Of a stretch of DNA of 32,000 nt, positions 1 to 8,901 are shown piece after piece (within the stretch, counting starts at the first letter, position 1; each line of letters opens with the position of its first letter). The translations under genes were made by a program, and so were the position numbers. This DNA is from Ferroglobus placidus DSM 10642. Lineage in GTDB: Archaea > Halobacteriota > Archaeoglobi > Archaeoglobales > Archaeoglobaceae. The notes below the pieces were generated by a model that was not told the origin of the DNA, did not search any database, and saw only the letters and a list, made by a program, of their open reading frames with translations. The stretch is from positions 60,001 to 92,000 of the forward strand of contig NC_013849.1 of NCBI RefSeq assembly GCF_000025505.1, given 5' to 3'.

Positions 1-1
1 T

Positions 2-556
2 CTCAGATACTTCGGCTTGTTCGGACTTTCCTACACTCTGCCACCATTTTTGAGGGGAAGCTTGGAATTTGCTGGAATTGTGTTGGATTACCAGAGACTG
101 ATAGTTATCGTATCTACTCTTGCCCTCGTCGCCTTCCTCTACCTCTTCACCCACTACACGAAGACCGGTTTGGCTTTTAGGGCTATAGCTCAGGATGAGC
201 AAGTGGCTATGATGCTGGGAATAGACTCGGACAGAGTTGCAGCTTTAAGCTTAGCTTTCGGTTCGGCTTTAGCAGCTTTAGCAGCAGCAATCTGGATTCC
301 CGTAAGCCAGCTGGCATCTGAATCAGCGTTGGAAATACTCCTTTACGCTTTAGTTGTCAGCATTCTCGGCGGACTTGGAAGCGTGGCTGGAGTGATAGTA
401 GCCAGTTTGATCATAGGCTACGCTCAAGTCTTTACGGCTTCGTTTATAGCTCCCCATTACCAGATGATAGTTGCTCTTGTTGCAATAATAATCCTGCTTC
501 TTACCAAGCCTTCTGGCATATTCGGAAAGCAGAAAGAGCTGGAGGAGAGAGTATGA
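2..556 (+). CDS. livH: HAAT-family (branched-chain-amino-acid-type) ABC transporter permease, LivH-like; 5' end lies outside the window
   Basis: The ORF is open to the window edge. The C-terminal half is very hydrophobic and ends ...KPSGIFGK, as in LivH/BraD permeases. Its stop TGA (554-556) overlaps the ATG (553-555) of the next permease gene. Confidence 0.85.
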   Translation, partial: LRYFGLFGLSYTLPPFLRGSLEFAGIVLDYQRLIVIVSTLALVAFLYLFTHYTKTGLAFRAIAQDEQVAMMLGIDSDRVAALSLAFGSALAALAAAIWIPVSQLASESALEILLYALVVSILGGLGSVAGVIVASLIIGYAQVFTASFIAPHYQMIVALVAIIILLLTKPSGIFGKQKELEERV

Positions 557-1560
557 ACGAGCTGAGAAGGGAAAGAATAGATCGACCTATTAAAGCAAGG
601 ACAGATGACATATACGCTTTGATGAGCTATAGGGAGTTGAGCTACCTTTTACTTCCGAGAATTTTACCAGTAGCGATTCTTCTCCTACTCCCGCTGATAG
701 TTCCCAACCTATACTACCTGAGAGTTCTCAACATAGCTTTATCTTTCGCGATCCTCGCGGCAAGCTGGGATTTCTTGGCAAATTACGTCGGATTGGTCTC
801 TCTTGGTCACGCTCTCTTTTTCGGAATAGGCGCTTATACAGCCGGAGCTCTCTCAGCCTACTTCGACTTGCCTATCTTTGTCACGATACCCTTAGCAACT
901 TTGGCTGGAGGTGCGATTTCAACAGCGCTAATCTACCCAACTTTGAAGGTTCGAGGAATATACTTCTCCCTTATAACCCTCGCGTTCCCCTTGCTTTTAG
1001 CCAGGTTAATAGAAGCTACGGACATCCTCGGCGGGACTCTCGGAATAACCGACGTTGAAGGCTTTCCAAATCCGTGGATAGAAAGTTACCTACTAATCTT
1101 CTCGCTAATCGTCGTAGTTTTCGGATTGAGAAGGTTGCTTGGAGAAGACCTCGGAATAGTCCTGAGGGCTATAAAGGACAACGACTTAACTGTGGAAGCT
1201 TCCGGAATCAACGTGAATAAGTACAGAGCTGTTGCGGTTTTCATCTCCTCAGCCATAGCATCTTTCGTTGGCGCTTACACAGCCCACTCCTACATGTTCG
1301 TCGGTTTGCCCTACCTCAATCTTGAGTACTCGATTTTCCCTATAGCAGCTACAGTCGTCGGAGGAATGAGCTCCATAGCCGGAGCTGCTATAGGAGCTTT
1401 CGTTCTCGTTCCGCTGAGCGAAATGCTGAGAGAATTCGGAACGTTGAGAATAGCGATATACTCCCTTCTGCTAATGCTCTTCATAGCTCTTCGTCCCGAG
1501 GGAATCTACATGTTCCTCTGGAGGAAATATCACCAGATCGAGAGGTGGGTGAAAGCTTGA
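553..1560 (+). CDS. livM: HAAT-family ABC transporter permease, LivM-like
   Basis: A 335-aa polytopic membrane protein (..VSLGHALFFGIGAYTAG.., ..GGMSSIAGAAIGA..) lying between the LivH-like and LivG-like genes, with an ATGA overlap to the upstream gene. Confidence 0.85.
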   Translation: MNELRRERIDRPIKARTDDIYALMSYRELSYLLLPRILPVAILLLLPLIVPNLYYLRVLNIALSFAILAASWDFLANYVGLVSLGHALFFGIGAYTAGALSAYFDLPIFVTIPLATLAGGAISTALIYPTLKVRGIYFSLITLAFPLLLARLIEATDILGGTLGITDVEGFPNPWIESYLLIFSLIVVVFGLRRLLGEDLGIVLRAIKDNDLTVEASGINVNKYRAVAVFISSAIASFVGAYTAHSYMFVGLPYLNLEYSIFPIAATVVGGMSSIAGAAIGAFVLVPLSEMLREFGTLRIAIYSLLLMLFIALRPEGIYMFLWRKYHQIERWVKA

Positions 1561-2297
1561 TAAGAGTTGAAAATCTGACGAAGAGGTTCGGAGGAGTCGT
1601 TGCGGCAAACAACATAAGCTTTGAGGTGAAAAAGGGAGAGGTTCTCGGAATTATAGGACCTAACGGGAGCGGAAAAACTACTGTGGTGAATCTCATAACC
1701 GGATTCATAAAGCCAGACTCTGGGAAAGTGTTTTTTGCCGGAAAAGATATAACTTCAAAACCTCCCCACGAAATAGCTAACCTCGGCGTTGTTAGGACTT
1801 TTCAAAACGTCAGACCTTTCTACAACTTGCCAGCTTACAAGAATCTCATAATTCCTCTTTACTCCCCAAGGGCTAAAAGCTTCGAAGAGTTCAAACATGG
1901 GGATAGAGACCACATAGCTTTGGATCTTCTTGAAGAGGTCGGATTCGAAAGAGATTCTCCGATTCCGTACAAACCAGCCTCAGCTCTACCTCACGGATAC
2001 ATAAAAAGGCTTGAGCTTGCGAGGGCTTTGGCTTTAAAGCCAGAAGTTTTGATTTGCGACGAACTTTTCAGCGGTTTGAGTCAGGCTGAAATAGCGAGCT
2101 TGCTGCCGATACTTGAAAAGCTAAACGAGAACGGTTTGACGCTTATAATGGTAGAGCACAGACTCAAAGAGCTTTTCGAGTTAGCTGACAAAGTTGTGGT
2201 TTTGGAGTACGGGGAAAAGATAGCCGAAGGAAAGCCGGAGGAAATCGTTGAGGACGAGAAGGTTAAGGAGGCTTTTCTCGGTGCGGAGGTGATTTAA
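1545..2297 (+). CDS. livG: ABC transporter ATP-binding protein, LivG-like
   Basis: Has the N-terminal LTKRFGG motif, Walker A GPNGSGKTT and Walker B VLICDELFSGL. The ORF-track start is GTG at 1545. An in-frame TTG at 1557 overlaps the livM stop, follows GAGGTGGGTGA, and is an equally plausible start. Confidence 0.9.
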   Translation: MGESLIRVENLTKRFGGVVAANNISFEVKKGEVLGIIGPNGSGKTTVVNLITGFIKPDSGKVFFAGKDITSKPPHEIANLGVVRTFQNVRPFYNLPAYKNLIIPLYSPRAKSFEEFKHGDRDHIALDLLEEVGFERDSPIPYKPASALPHGYIKRLELARALALKPEVLICDELFSGLSQAEIASLLPILEKLNENGLTLIMVEHRLKELFELADKVVVLEYGEKIAEGKPEEIVEDEKVKEAFLGAEVI

Positions 2298-3043
2298 TGC
2301 TTAAAACGAATGAGCTCACGGTGTTCTACGAAAACGCAATAGCCGTTAACAACGTTGACATTGAGGTTGAGGAGGGAGAGATCGTCGGGTTATTCGGACC
2401 TAACGGAGCCGGAAAATCGACGCTGATGTACACGATTTCCGGGATAATACTTGATAAGAAAAAGAAGGAGGAGATGAGGGGTGGAGAGAGAATAACGATT
2501 CTCGGAAGGATAGAGTACGAAAAAAAAGATATAACTTTTCTCAAGCCGAATAAGAGAGCGGAAATGGGCATAATTCTCTGTCCGGAGAGAAGAAGGGTTT
2601 TTCCGGAAAGCAGCGTTGTTGAGAACTTGAAAATCGGAGGTTACCTTAGAAGCTGGAGGGAGGTGAAAGAAGATATAGAAAAGATGTTCGAGATATTTCC
2701 GGAGCTTGAAAAGCATAAAAACAAGCCTGCAGGCTTTTTAAGCGGAGGAGAACAGCAGATGCTTGCGATAGCGAGAGCTTTAATGGCGAAACCCAAGCTG
2801 TTACTTTTGGACGAACCCCTGCTCGGACTGGCTCCTCTCGTTCAAAAAAGGATAGTCGAAGTCGTAAAAAGAATAAGGGATGAGCTTGGAGTTACCGTCC
2901 TCGTGGCTGAGCAGTACGCGAGACCCGTCTTTCCGATAATCGACAGAGGTTACATCATCGAGCGGGGAACTATCTCCTTCTCCGGCACTTCCGAGGAGTT
3001 GATGAGTAACCCGAACGTTAAAGCAGCATATTTGGGGGTGTGA
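2297..3043 (+). CDS. livF: ABC transporter ATP-binding protein, LivF-like
   Basis: Has Walker A GPNGAGKST, ABC signature LSGGEQQMLAIARAL and Walker B LLLLDEPLLGLAP. A TAATG overlap links it to livG (stop 2295-2297, start 2297-2299). Confidence 0.9.
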   Translation: MLKTNELTVFYENAIAVNNVDIEVEEGEIVGLFGPNGAGKSTLMYTISGIILDKKKKEEMRGGERITILGRIEYEKKDITFLKPNKRAEMGIILCPERRRVFPESSVVENLKIGGYLRSWREVKEDIEKMFEIFPELEKHKNKPAGFLSGGEQQMLAIARALMAKPKLLLLDEPLLGLAPLVQKRIVEVVKRIRDELGVTVLVAEQYARPVFPIIDRGYIIERGTISFSGTSEELMSNPNVKAAYLGV

Positions 3044-3047
3044 GAGC

Positions 3048-4691
3048 ATGCTGAAAGATAATCTTCACGATAAAGTGCTGGAGATGACCGAGAAAGAAAA
3101 GACTGTTTTAACGAAAATTTACGAGATGAGCGAAAAGTATCCGGATCAAACGGCGCTAATTTTCTTGGGAGAAAAGTACAACTACAAAAAGCTAATCAAA
3201 CTAATAGAAAGCTTTTCTTCTGGAATTTCCGAGCTCGGAGTTAAAAAAGGAGATAGAGTAATGCTTTATCTTCCCAACTCCCCTCAGTTTCTCATCTCCT
3301 ACTTCGGATTGATGAGGATAGGAGCTATTCCGGTGCCCGTCTCTCCCATCTACACGAGTAACGAAATAAGGTACATGCTCGAAAACAGCGGAGCTAAAGT
3401 CGTTATCTGCAGCGATACGAACATAGGGTACGTTAGAGCCGTTGAAGAAGTTGGAGTTGAGAAAATCGTCGTTACGAACGTAGCTGATATGCTGCCAAAG
3501 TGGAAGAAAATTGTTGGAGAGCTTTTCGACAAAATTCCGAAGGGCAGCTACGAAAAATCCGAGAAAGTATTTGAGTTCAAAAAACTGCTTAAAAAAGGAG
3601 AAAGCGTTGAAGAAGCAGAAATTGATCCGAAGAAGGATATAGCGCACATTCTGTACACCGGCGGAACAACCGGAAGACCAAAAGGTGTCGTTCACACACA
3701 CGCTTTTCTGCTAAGCGGAATAATCGGGTTGAGGGAGACTTACAAAGAAATAAAAGAGCTTGAAAACAAGTTCGTCGTCGTCGTTCCCCTCTTCCACATG
3801 TTCGCATTGGACATGATAATGTCCACGACTCTCCACAAAGCCAACACCGCAATTTTGATGCCCAAGCCAAACATCGATGCAATCCTGGCGAGCATCGAGT
3901 ACTACGAAGCTACTCTTTTTGCCGGAGTTCCGACTCTCTACAGGATGATTCTCGAACACGATAGAGTCGACTATTACGACCTCTCCTCTCTCAAATTCTG
4001 CTGGAGCGCCGGAGACGTTCTTCCGGCTGAGGTTTACAAAATGTGGAAGGAGAAATTCGGAATTCCCCTCCACCAAGTTTACGGATCAACGGAAACCGTC
4101 GTCATTGCTGTAACGAGACTTTCTGAGGAGCCGAAGCTTGGTAGCGTTGGAAAGATAGTTCCGGGGAGAATCGCTAAGATTATCGATCCGGAAACGCTTG
4201 AGGAGGTTGAAGGGGAGGGGGAGTTGATCGTAACATCCGAATACCTCACCATGGGTTATTGGAGAAACCCGGAAGAGACGGAGAAGGGATTCATAGAGAG
4301 CGGAGGTTATCTGTGGTGCAGAACCGGAGATTTCGTGAAAATTTACGAAGATAAGCTATATTTCGTCGATAGAAGGAAGGACATCATCAAGTACAAAGGG
4401 TACAGAATTGCGGCAAGTGAAGTTGAAGCTGTTTTGCAATCCCATCCGGCTGTTATTGCTGCAAGCGTTATTGGTGTACCAGACGAGAGAGTTGGAGAAA
4501 GAATTAAGGCTTTCGTGGTGTTGAAGGAGGACGCGAGAATTACAGCTCATGATTTGAAGAGATGGTGCAGGGAAAGATTGGCACCTTACAAAGTTCCGGA
4601 CTACATCGAGTTCAGGGACTTTCTTCCGAAGTCAAAAGTTGGAAAGATTTTGAGGAGAGAATTAAGAGATCAGGAACTCAGGAGGGGATGA
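3048..4691 (+). CDS. AMP-forming acyl-CoA synthetase (FadD-like medium/long-chain acid-CoA ligase)
   Basis: Has the AMP-binding motif YTGGTTGRPKGVVHTH, then YGSTET, TGD and the C-terminal KVGKILRREL. It starts 4 nt after the livF stop, so it is probably co-transcribed with the transporter. Confidence 0.85.
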   Translation: MLKDNLHDKVLEMTEKEKTVLTKIYEMSEKYPDQTALIFLGEKYNYKKLIKLIESFSSGISELGVKKGDRVMLYLPNSPQFLISYFGLMRIGAIPVPVSPIYTSNEIRYMLENSGAKVVICSDTNIGYVRAVEEVGVEKIVVTNVADMLPKWKKIVGELFDKIPKGSYEKSEKVFEFKKLLKKGESVEEAEIDPKKDIAHILYTGGTTGRPKGVVHTHAFLLSGIIGLRETYKEIKELENKFVVVVPLFHMFALDMIMSTTLHKANTAILMPKPNIDAILASIEYYEATLFAGVPTLYRMILEHDRVDYYDLSSLKFCWSAGDVLPAEVYKMWKEKFGIPLHQVYGSTETVVIAVTRLSEEPKLGSVGKIVPGRIAKIIDPETLEEVEGEGELIVTSEYLTMGYWRNPEETEKGFIESGGYLWCRTGDFVKIYEDKLYFVDRRKDIIKYKGYRIAASEVEAVLQSHPAVIAASVIGVPDERVGERIKAFVVLKEDARITAHDLKRWCRERLAPYKVPDYIEFRDFLPKSKVGKILRRELRDQELRRG

Positions 4692-5171
4692 CTCAAAAAT
4701 TTCGGGGGAGAAGCGGAACTTGTAAATGTCGTAGACGAACATTAGGTTGAGCTCGTCCACAAATTCCCCGTGCCTGTCTAAGAACTCGTGAATCCACATG
4801 GTAACCTCTTTAAAGCTTCTGAAAGCTGCTAACACCTTCCATCTTCTCACCCCTCCAGTTACGGCGAACATAACAACGTGAGCTGAACCTATTAAATATT
4901 CATACGCTTTCTTCCATTTTTTGAAGTGGTGGTTGTTGAAGCTCATCTCGATAAAAGCGAAAATTAAGTTGTTCTCGTTTGGAATTATTACTTCCCTTAT
5001 CGCACCGCTCTTTTTTAGTTCTTGCAAAATTCTCGCAACTCTCGTCAGACTTATTTGTATTCCGTACTCTTTCAGCAAAATTTCTCTGAGCTCCTTGACG
5101 GTGACGTTCGGATTTTTCACCTTTTCTTTGATTATGATCGTCTTAACTTTATCCAGCTTCATACCTTTCAC
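4662..5171 (-). CDS. Lrp/AsnC-like transcriptional regulator (N-terminal HTH plus C-terminal alpha/beta ligand-type domain)
   Basis: The N-terminal HTH-like segment is NVTVKELREILLKEYGIQISLTRVARILQELKKSGAI. It is followed by a roughly 80-aa region patterned like the Lrp effector domain. GGTGAAAGG precedes the ATG, and an AT-rich TATA-like stretch lies in 5172-5222. The family call rests on pattern only. Confidence 0.6.
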   Translation of the reverse strand: MKGMKLDKVKTIIIKEKVKNPNVTVKELREILLKEYGIQISLTRVARILQELKKSGAIREVIIPNENNLIFAFIEMSFNNHHFKKWKKAYEYLIGSAHVVMFAVTGGVRRWKVLAAFRSFKEVTMWIHEFLDRHGEFVDELNLMFVYDIYKFRFSPEIFESSPPEFLIS

Positions 5172-5222
5172 CTTGCTTCTTAGTCACAAAGTGTTTAAAG
5201 GTGATAAAAAATTAATATTTAA

Positions 5223-6293
5223 TCATTTCGGAATCTTGAAAGGAGTTAAAGCTCGTTCCATGAGCAAATCGAAACCGCTCTTTTTGCCAATGACTGGCTC
5301 CTTCTTCTTTTGACTCCACACCGTCTCTGGACGAGCTTGAAGAATGAAAACGTTCTTTGGGAAGTCGAAGTCTTTATCTATTGCCCACTCTATGTCCATT
5401 GGATGAGAGTAATGTTCCTCAATCTTCTTCCCTATCTCCGCCAAGTAAACAATTTCCTCATCGCTCAAGGACGGCTTTTCCCTCAAATCCTCAGGAACTT
5501 CTTCGTGAACAACTTTCCCATCCTTGTAAACGCACCACACGAGTTTTGGAGAGATCGTTCTGTCCAATATTTCCTTCGTAACTTTATCTACGACGAACCT
5601 GTCTGGAGTTACCTCTCCACTTACAATAGCCTCTCCAAGCCCCCAAGCAGATTCGATAACGATCTGACTCTCATCTCCGTTTGTCGGATTGAGAGTGAAC
5701 ATAACTCCGCTGCTCCTCGAATTTACCATCTTCTGAACTACGACGGCGATGGAAACCTCATAATGATCAAAACCTTTCGTCGCTCTGTAGGCTATCGCTC
5801 TCGGAGTGTAGAGACTGCTCCAGCACTTTAAAACGTGCTTCACTACTTCATCCTCTCCTTTAATCCAGAGATAAGTTTCCTGCTGTCCGGCGAAACTTGC
5901 GTCGGGCACATCCTCTGCTGTTGCTGAGCTTCTTACAGCCACAGCCACTTCTTCGCCGACGATTTCGCACAGCTTTCTGTAAGCTTCTCTAATCTCTTCT
6001 TCGATTTTTTCCGGAATCGGAGTCGATTCCACAATCTCCCTCGCCAAAGCACTGACTTTTTCAAGCTCTTCCGTATTCTTTACGTCAACCTCGGATATTA
6101 TCCTCGCTATCTGCGCTTTCTTCCCCCTCTCTTTCGCCCCTTCTAAGAATTCCTCAAAAGCGTTTATTGTGATAACAAAGCCAGGTGGAATCGGAAAGCC
6201 AGCCTTTACCATCTCTCCTAAATTTGCCCCTTTTCCTCCTGCTATGCCAACATCTTCTTTGCTTATTTCGTCAAACCACTTAACATACTTCAT
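5223..6293 (-). CDS. PEP-synthase N-terminal (ATP-grasp, PPDK_N-type) domain protein; phenylphosphate synthase beta (PpsB)-like
   Basis: The N-terminus WFDEISKEDVGIAGGKGANLGEMVKAGFPIPPGFVIT is the nucleotide-binding motif of PEP synthase / pyruvate phosphate dikinase. The protein is 356 aa (about 40 kDa) and ends before any His-swivel or TIM-barrel domain. Confidence 0.75.
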   Translation of the reverse strand: MKYVKWFDEISKEDVGIAGGKGANLGEMVKAGFPIPPGFVITINAFEEFLEGAKERGKKAQIARIISEVDVKNTEELEKVSALAREIVESTPIPEKIEEEIREAYRKLCEIVGEEVAVAVRSSATAEDVPDASFAGQQETYLWIKGEDEVVKHVLKCWSSLYTPRAIAYRATKGFDHYEVSIAVVVQKMVNSRSSGVMFTLNPTNGDESQIVIESAWGLGEAIVSGEVTPDRFVVDKVTKEILDRTISPKLVWCVYKDGKVVHEEVPEDLREKPSLSDEEIVYLAEIGKKIEEHYSHPMDIEWAIDKDFDFPKNVFILQARPETVWSQKKKEPVIGKKSGFDLLMERALTPFKIPK

Positions 6294-6379
6294 AGAGTAC
6301 CACCTTCAACAATAGTCAATTATATATCGTTATATTTAAAACCTTGTCAAGTCTTAGCATTGATTAAAAATAATGGTGT

Positions 6380-6386
6380 AAAAAAA
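6380..6386 (-). terminator. Oligo-T (T7) tract 6 nt downstream of the PpsA-like stop; possible archaeal terminator
   Basis: The A7 run at 6380-6386 on the plus strand reads as T7 on the coding strand. A TATA-like ATATATAATTG and GAAGGTGGT follow before the next gene. Together they suggest separate transcription of the two pps-like genes. Confidence 0.35.
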
Positions 6387-6392
6387 GTGGAG

Positions 6393-8264
6393 CTATTCTT
6401 CGGCTCTCTTCACAATCGTTACTACTCCCTTATCTCCGTCCACCCTGATTATATCTCCGGTTTTTATCACCTGCGTAGCTATTCCCGTTCCGGTAACTGC
6501 TGGAATTCCGTATTCCCTACAAACTATCGCAGCGTGACTCGTCAATCCTCCTATGTCGGTCACAGCAGCTTTTATTTTCGTGAAAACGGGAGCCCAGCTC
6601 GGATTAGTATTTGGACAGACGAGAATCTCTCCCTCCTGCACCTGATCTATCTCATCCAAGAACCTTATAACTCTGGCTTTCCCTTCAACAACTCCAGATG
6701 AAGATGCAAATCCTTTTATTTCCGTGACTTCCTCCGGTCGGTAGGTAACACCTTTAATCCACTCGCTGACTTTCTCCGAAGTTATTCCCCAGAGCATCAC
6801 GGTAAATGGTTCCGTTACCTCTTCAGGAACGGTTCCCAAAGCTGGCGGAGGAGTCCAGTTCCTCGCTGCTTCGAGAATCTTCTTTCTCTTTTGAGCTTTT
6901 CTCTTCCAGTATTCAGCTCTCGGCGGCACGTTTTCTCCCAGAGCCCAAGCGGTGACGAGATCTTCAATGATCATTGGAATTTCGAAGCGATTGAAGAGGA
7001 AGATGTCGTCCACTTCGTTTAGCATTCCGTACCTGACGAAAAGTTTTCCGAACTCTCTCATTTTCTCAAAAACTATCGTGTGGAACCAGTGCTCGACCCA
7101 GAAGAGGTGGTTTTCGGCGTAATCGTAAATGTCTCTGACAATCTTGTACGCTTCGTCGAACGCTTTTCTATCTTCGTCGGTTTTGATTAGCTTTCTGTAC
7201 TCCTCAACGAGCTTTTCTCTCGCTTTGTGGATCTCGTCGATGTCTCTCTCTATCGTCTCACCTTTTTCAAGCATCTCTATGTAGCTTTTTAAGTAGCTGA
7301 AGGGGACTTCAAGGGTGTTTATCCAGCTTCCCTCGTAGTGGAACCATCCGCTACCGCAGGAGACGTAGAACCACGGATCTTTCGCCTCGTCAAATGCTCT
7401 AAGCCACTCTCTCCCTTCAGGAAAAATCTTTAATTCCTCAATCTTCTCCTCCGGGCTTTTGTCCGATTTCAGTATTTCCACAACCCTACCTCCAAGGGAA
7501 ATGGCGAGCCTCGCAAGTTTTGCAAGCTCTTCTTGCGGTCGAAACATCACCACGTCAGCTCCGGCTACCATCTTACCTATCGTGGACTCGCTTATTCCGG
7601 GGAAAAGCTTTCTGACAACGTCAGCAAAAGTCAGATAAGCCAAGTAGCTCAGATTTAGGTACTGGAAGTGGTACTGCCAAGCTTTGAATATCGCATCTAT
7701 CAGCTTGTCGTAGGCTTCCATCAAGTCGTAGGAGGAATAGTACCCTCTTGGCTCCGGAATTACCCTTTCCTCTGGCTCAAAGGTTGGCAAATCAGGAACT
7801 TCTATGTTCTTAACGTACTCTCCGAGCTCTCTGAACTTCTTTTCCCACTTTTCATACAACTTCTCGCTCTTGTAATTCTGAAAAACCCAGAAAGCTCTTT
7901 TTTGAAACAGCTCGGCTTTCTTCTTAATCGTTTCCTCGCTTGGAGGCTCTACTGCGCAGATGTAGAAGTAGCAACCGAGAATTCTCTGGGCAACTCCCTG
8001 CGCTGGAGGAATGCAGAAGACCCTCGTGTTGTACTGAGATAAAGCGATCTGCCAAGCTTCGTGGAAGATCAAGTCGAAGGGATACATTGGATCTGGCGCG
8101 TGTATTTTGTCGAGGTACCAGAACTGCCTTTCTTCCCACTCTTTTCTCTCTTCGCTGAATATGTAGTGGGGTGGATACATCTCTTCCCATCCTTCAAGCT
8201 CCTTTGGAACTTCCACTTCCAGCGGTTTAGGAAATCCGTTTCCCAAAACTACCACCTCACCCAA
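6393..8264 (-). CDS. PEP-utilising-enzyme mobile (phosphohistidine) domain protein; phenylphosphate synthase alpha (PpsA)-like
   Basis: A 623-aa protein (about 70 kDa). Its C-terminus TDIGGLTSHAAIVCREYGIPAVTGTG is the phosphohistidine swivel motif, and the protein ends about 40 aa later with no PEP/pyruvate-binding barrel. The long N-terminal domain has no motif I recognise. Confidence 0.75.
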   Translation of the reverse strand: MGEVVVLGNGFPKPLEVEVPKELEGWEEMYPPHYIFSEERKEWEERQFWYLDKIHAPDPMYPFDLIFHEAWQIALSQYNTRVFCIPPAQGVAQRILGCYFYICAVEPPSEETIKKKAELFQKRAFWVFQNYKSEKLYEKWEKKFRELGEYVKNIEVPDLPTFEPEERVIPEPRGYYSSYDLMEAYDKLIDAIFKAWQYHFQYLNLSYLAYLTFADVVRKLFPGISESTIGKMVAGADVVMFRPQEELAKLARLAISLGGRVVEILKSDKSPEEKIEELKIFPEGREWLRAFDEAKDPWFYVSCGSGWFHYEGSWINTLEVPFSYLKSYIEMLEKGETIERDIDEIHKAREKLVEEYRKLIKTDEDRKAFDEAYKIVRDIYDYAENHLFWVEHWFHTIVFEKMREFGKLFVRYGMLNEVDDIFLFNRFEIPMIIEDLVTAWALGENVPPRAEYWKRKAQKRKKILEAARNWTPPPALGTVPEEVTEPFTVMLWGITSEKVSEWIKGVTYRPEEVTEIKGFASSSGVVEGKARVIRFLDEIDQVQEGEILVCPNTNPSWAPVFTKIKAAVTDIGGLTSHAAIVCREYGIPAVTGTGIATQVIKTGDIIRVDGDKGVVTIVKRAEE

Positions 8265-8301
8265 AAGTTTTCAAACAATAAATAATTAGAAATATTTAGC
8301 T

Positions 8302-8312
8302 CTTTGTCAACA
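8302..8312 (+). promoter_or_regulatory. Copy 1 of the exact 11-mer CTTTGTCAACA; candidate operator in the PpsA-like/Nudix divergent region
   Basis: An exact repeat of 8424-8434, followed by the 8-bp palindrome ACAATTGT (8311-8318). Confidence 0.3.
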
Positions 8313-8423
8313 ATTGTCATTGAAAAGTTTAAAAGCTAAGTGCTAATTCGAATTGATCGAATTTTTCTTTGGCAGCGGGTTAATTCACAAGCAGAGTCTT
8401 GGTGTGCTCGGAAACGTAAATAA

Positions 8424-8434
8424 CTTTGTCAACA
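8424..8434 (+). promoter_or_regulatory. Copy 2 of the exact 11-mer CTTTGTCAACA, directly downstream of a TATA-like GTAAATAA, 48 nt upstream of the Nudix ATG
   Basis: An exact repeat of 8302-8312. The position, just 3' of a TATA-like box, is typical of archaeal repressor sites. Confidence 0.3.
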
Positions 8435-8481
8435 CCTGACGTTGAAAAATCTTCTTATTGCTTCGCTCTTTTAAATTCTCC

Positions 8482-8901
8482 ATGAAGTTTGAGGTGATCG
8501 TCAGAGGCATTGTTAAGGATGGAGACAAAGTTCTCATCGGATTGAAGAGAAGGGACGATCCTCACCCGCTACAAGGTGAGTGGCACTTCCCCGGGGGAAG
8601 GTTGGAGTACGAAGAGAATCCTTGGGAGGCTGTTGAAAGGGAGATCGAGGAAGAGACCGGGTATAAAGTAAAGGCGGAGAGGATTATCGACGTCATTCCT
8701 AAAAAGCTCATCTGGCCGAACGAAATTGGAGAGCAGCAAACGCTACACGTAGTCTTTTCTTGCAAACTACTCGGAGGGAAAGCAAAAGCGGGAGACGATG
8801 TTGAAGAGGTCAAGTGGATTTCTGTGGAGGAGATAGACCGCTACTTGAAAAAAGAGTTTCTGCTGGAATCGAGTTTAGTTAGGGAGTTCATCGAATCTTG
8901 A
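8482..8901 (+). CDS. Nudix hydrolase (MutT family)
   Basis: Carries a complete Nudix box, GGRLEYEENPWEAVEREIEEETG. The ORF-track start is TTG at 8458. The first ATG at 8482 (MKFEVIV...) gives a typical Nudix N-terminus and is preferred. Confidence 0.85.
   Translation: MKFEVIVRGIVKDGDKVLIGLKRRDDPHPLQGEWHFPGGRLEYEENPWEAVEREIEEETGYKVKAERIIDVIPKKLIWPNEIGEQQTLHVVFSCKLLGGKAKAGDDVEEVKWISVEEIDRYLKKEFLLESSLVREFIES

Noticed and set aside
2440-2530. Lys/Glu-rich insertion (DKKKKEEMRGGERITILG) between Walker A and the Q-loop of the LivF-like ATPase
   Set aside because: It may be a lineage-specific loop. Without an alignment I cannot show it is unusual, and all catalytic motifs are intact.
3201-3701. 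166-aa minus-strand ORF, plus similar ORFs at 3589-3882, 3711-4076, 5310-5831, 7668-8042, 10391-10696, 13717-14139, 19506-19844 and 23425-24052
   Set aside because: All lie entirely antisense to, or out of frame within, genes with strong family motifs. Their translations are low-complexity, rich in Ser, Arg and Cys, and show no recognisable domain. They are shadow ORFs.
4562-4750. 62-aa plus-strand ORF overlapping the 3' end of the CoA ligase
   Set aside because: It is out of frame within the ligase gene and antisense to the Lrp-like gene. It is Arg/Gly-rich with no motif.
8345-8370. Hairpin AATTCGA-attga-TCGAATT followed by TTTCTTT in the PpsA-like/Nudix intergenic region (possible terminator, attenuator or small RNA)
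   Set aside because: The 7-bp stem has only two G:C pairs and is unlikely to be stable in a hyperthermophile. No plus-strand gene lies upstream for it to terminate. It is kept only as a note.
8458-8481. TTG start at 8458 for the Nudix gene, as given in the ORF track
   Set aside because: The ATG at 8482 gives the usual short N-terminus before the first Nudix beta-strand. The extra 8 codons have no support.
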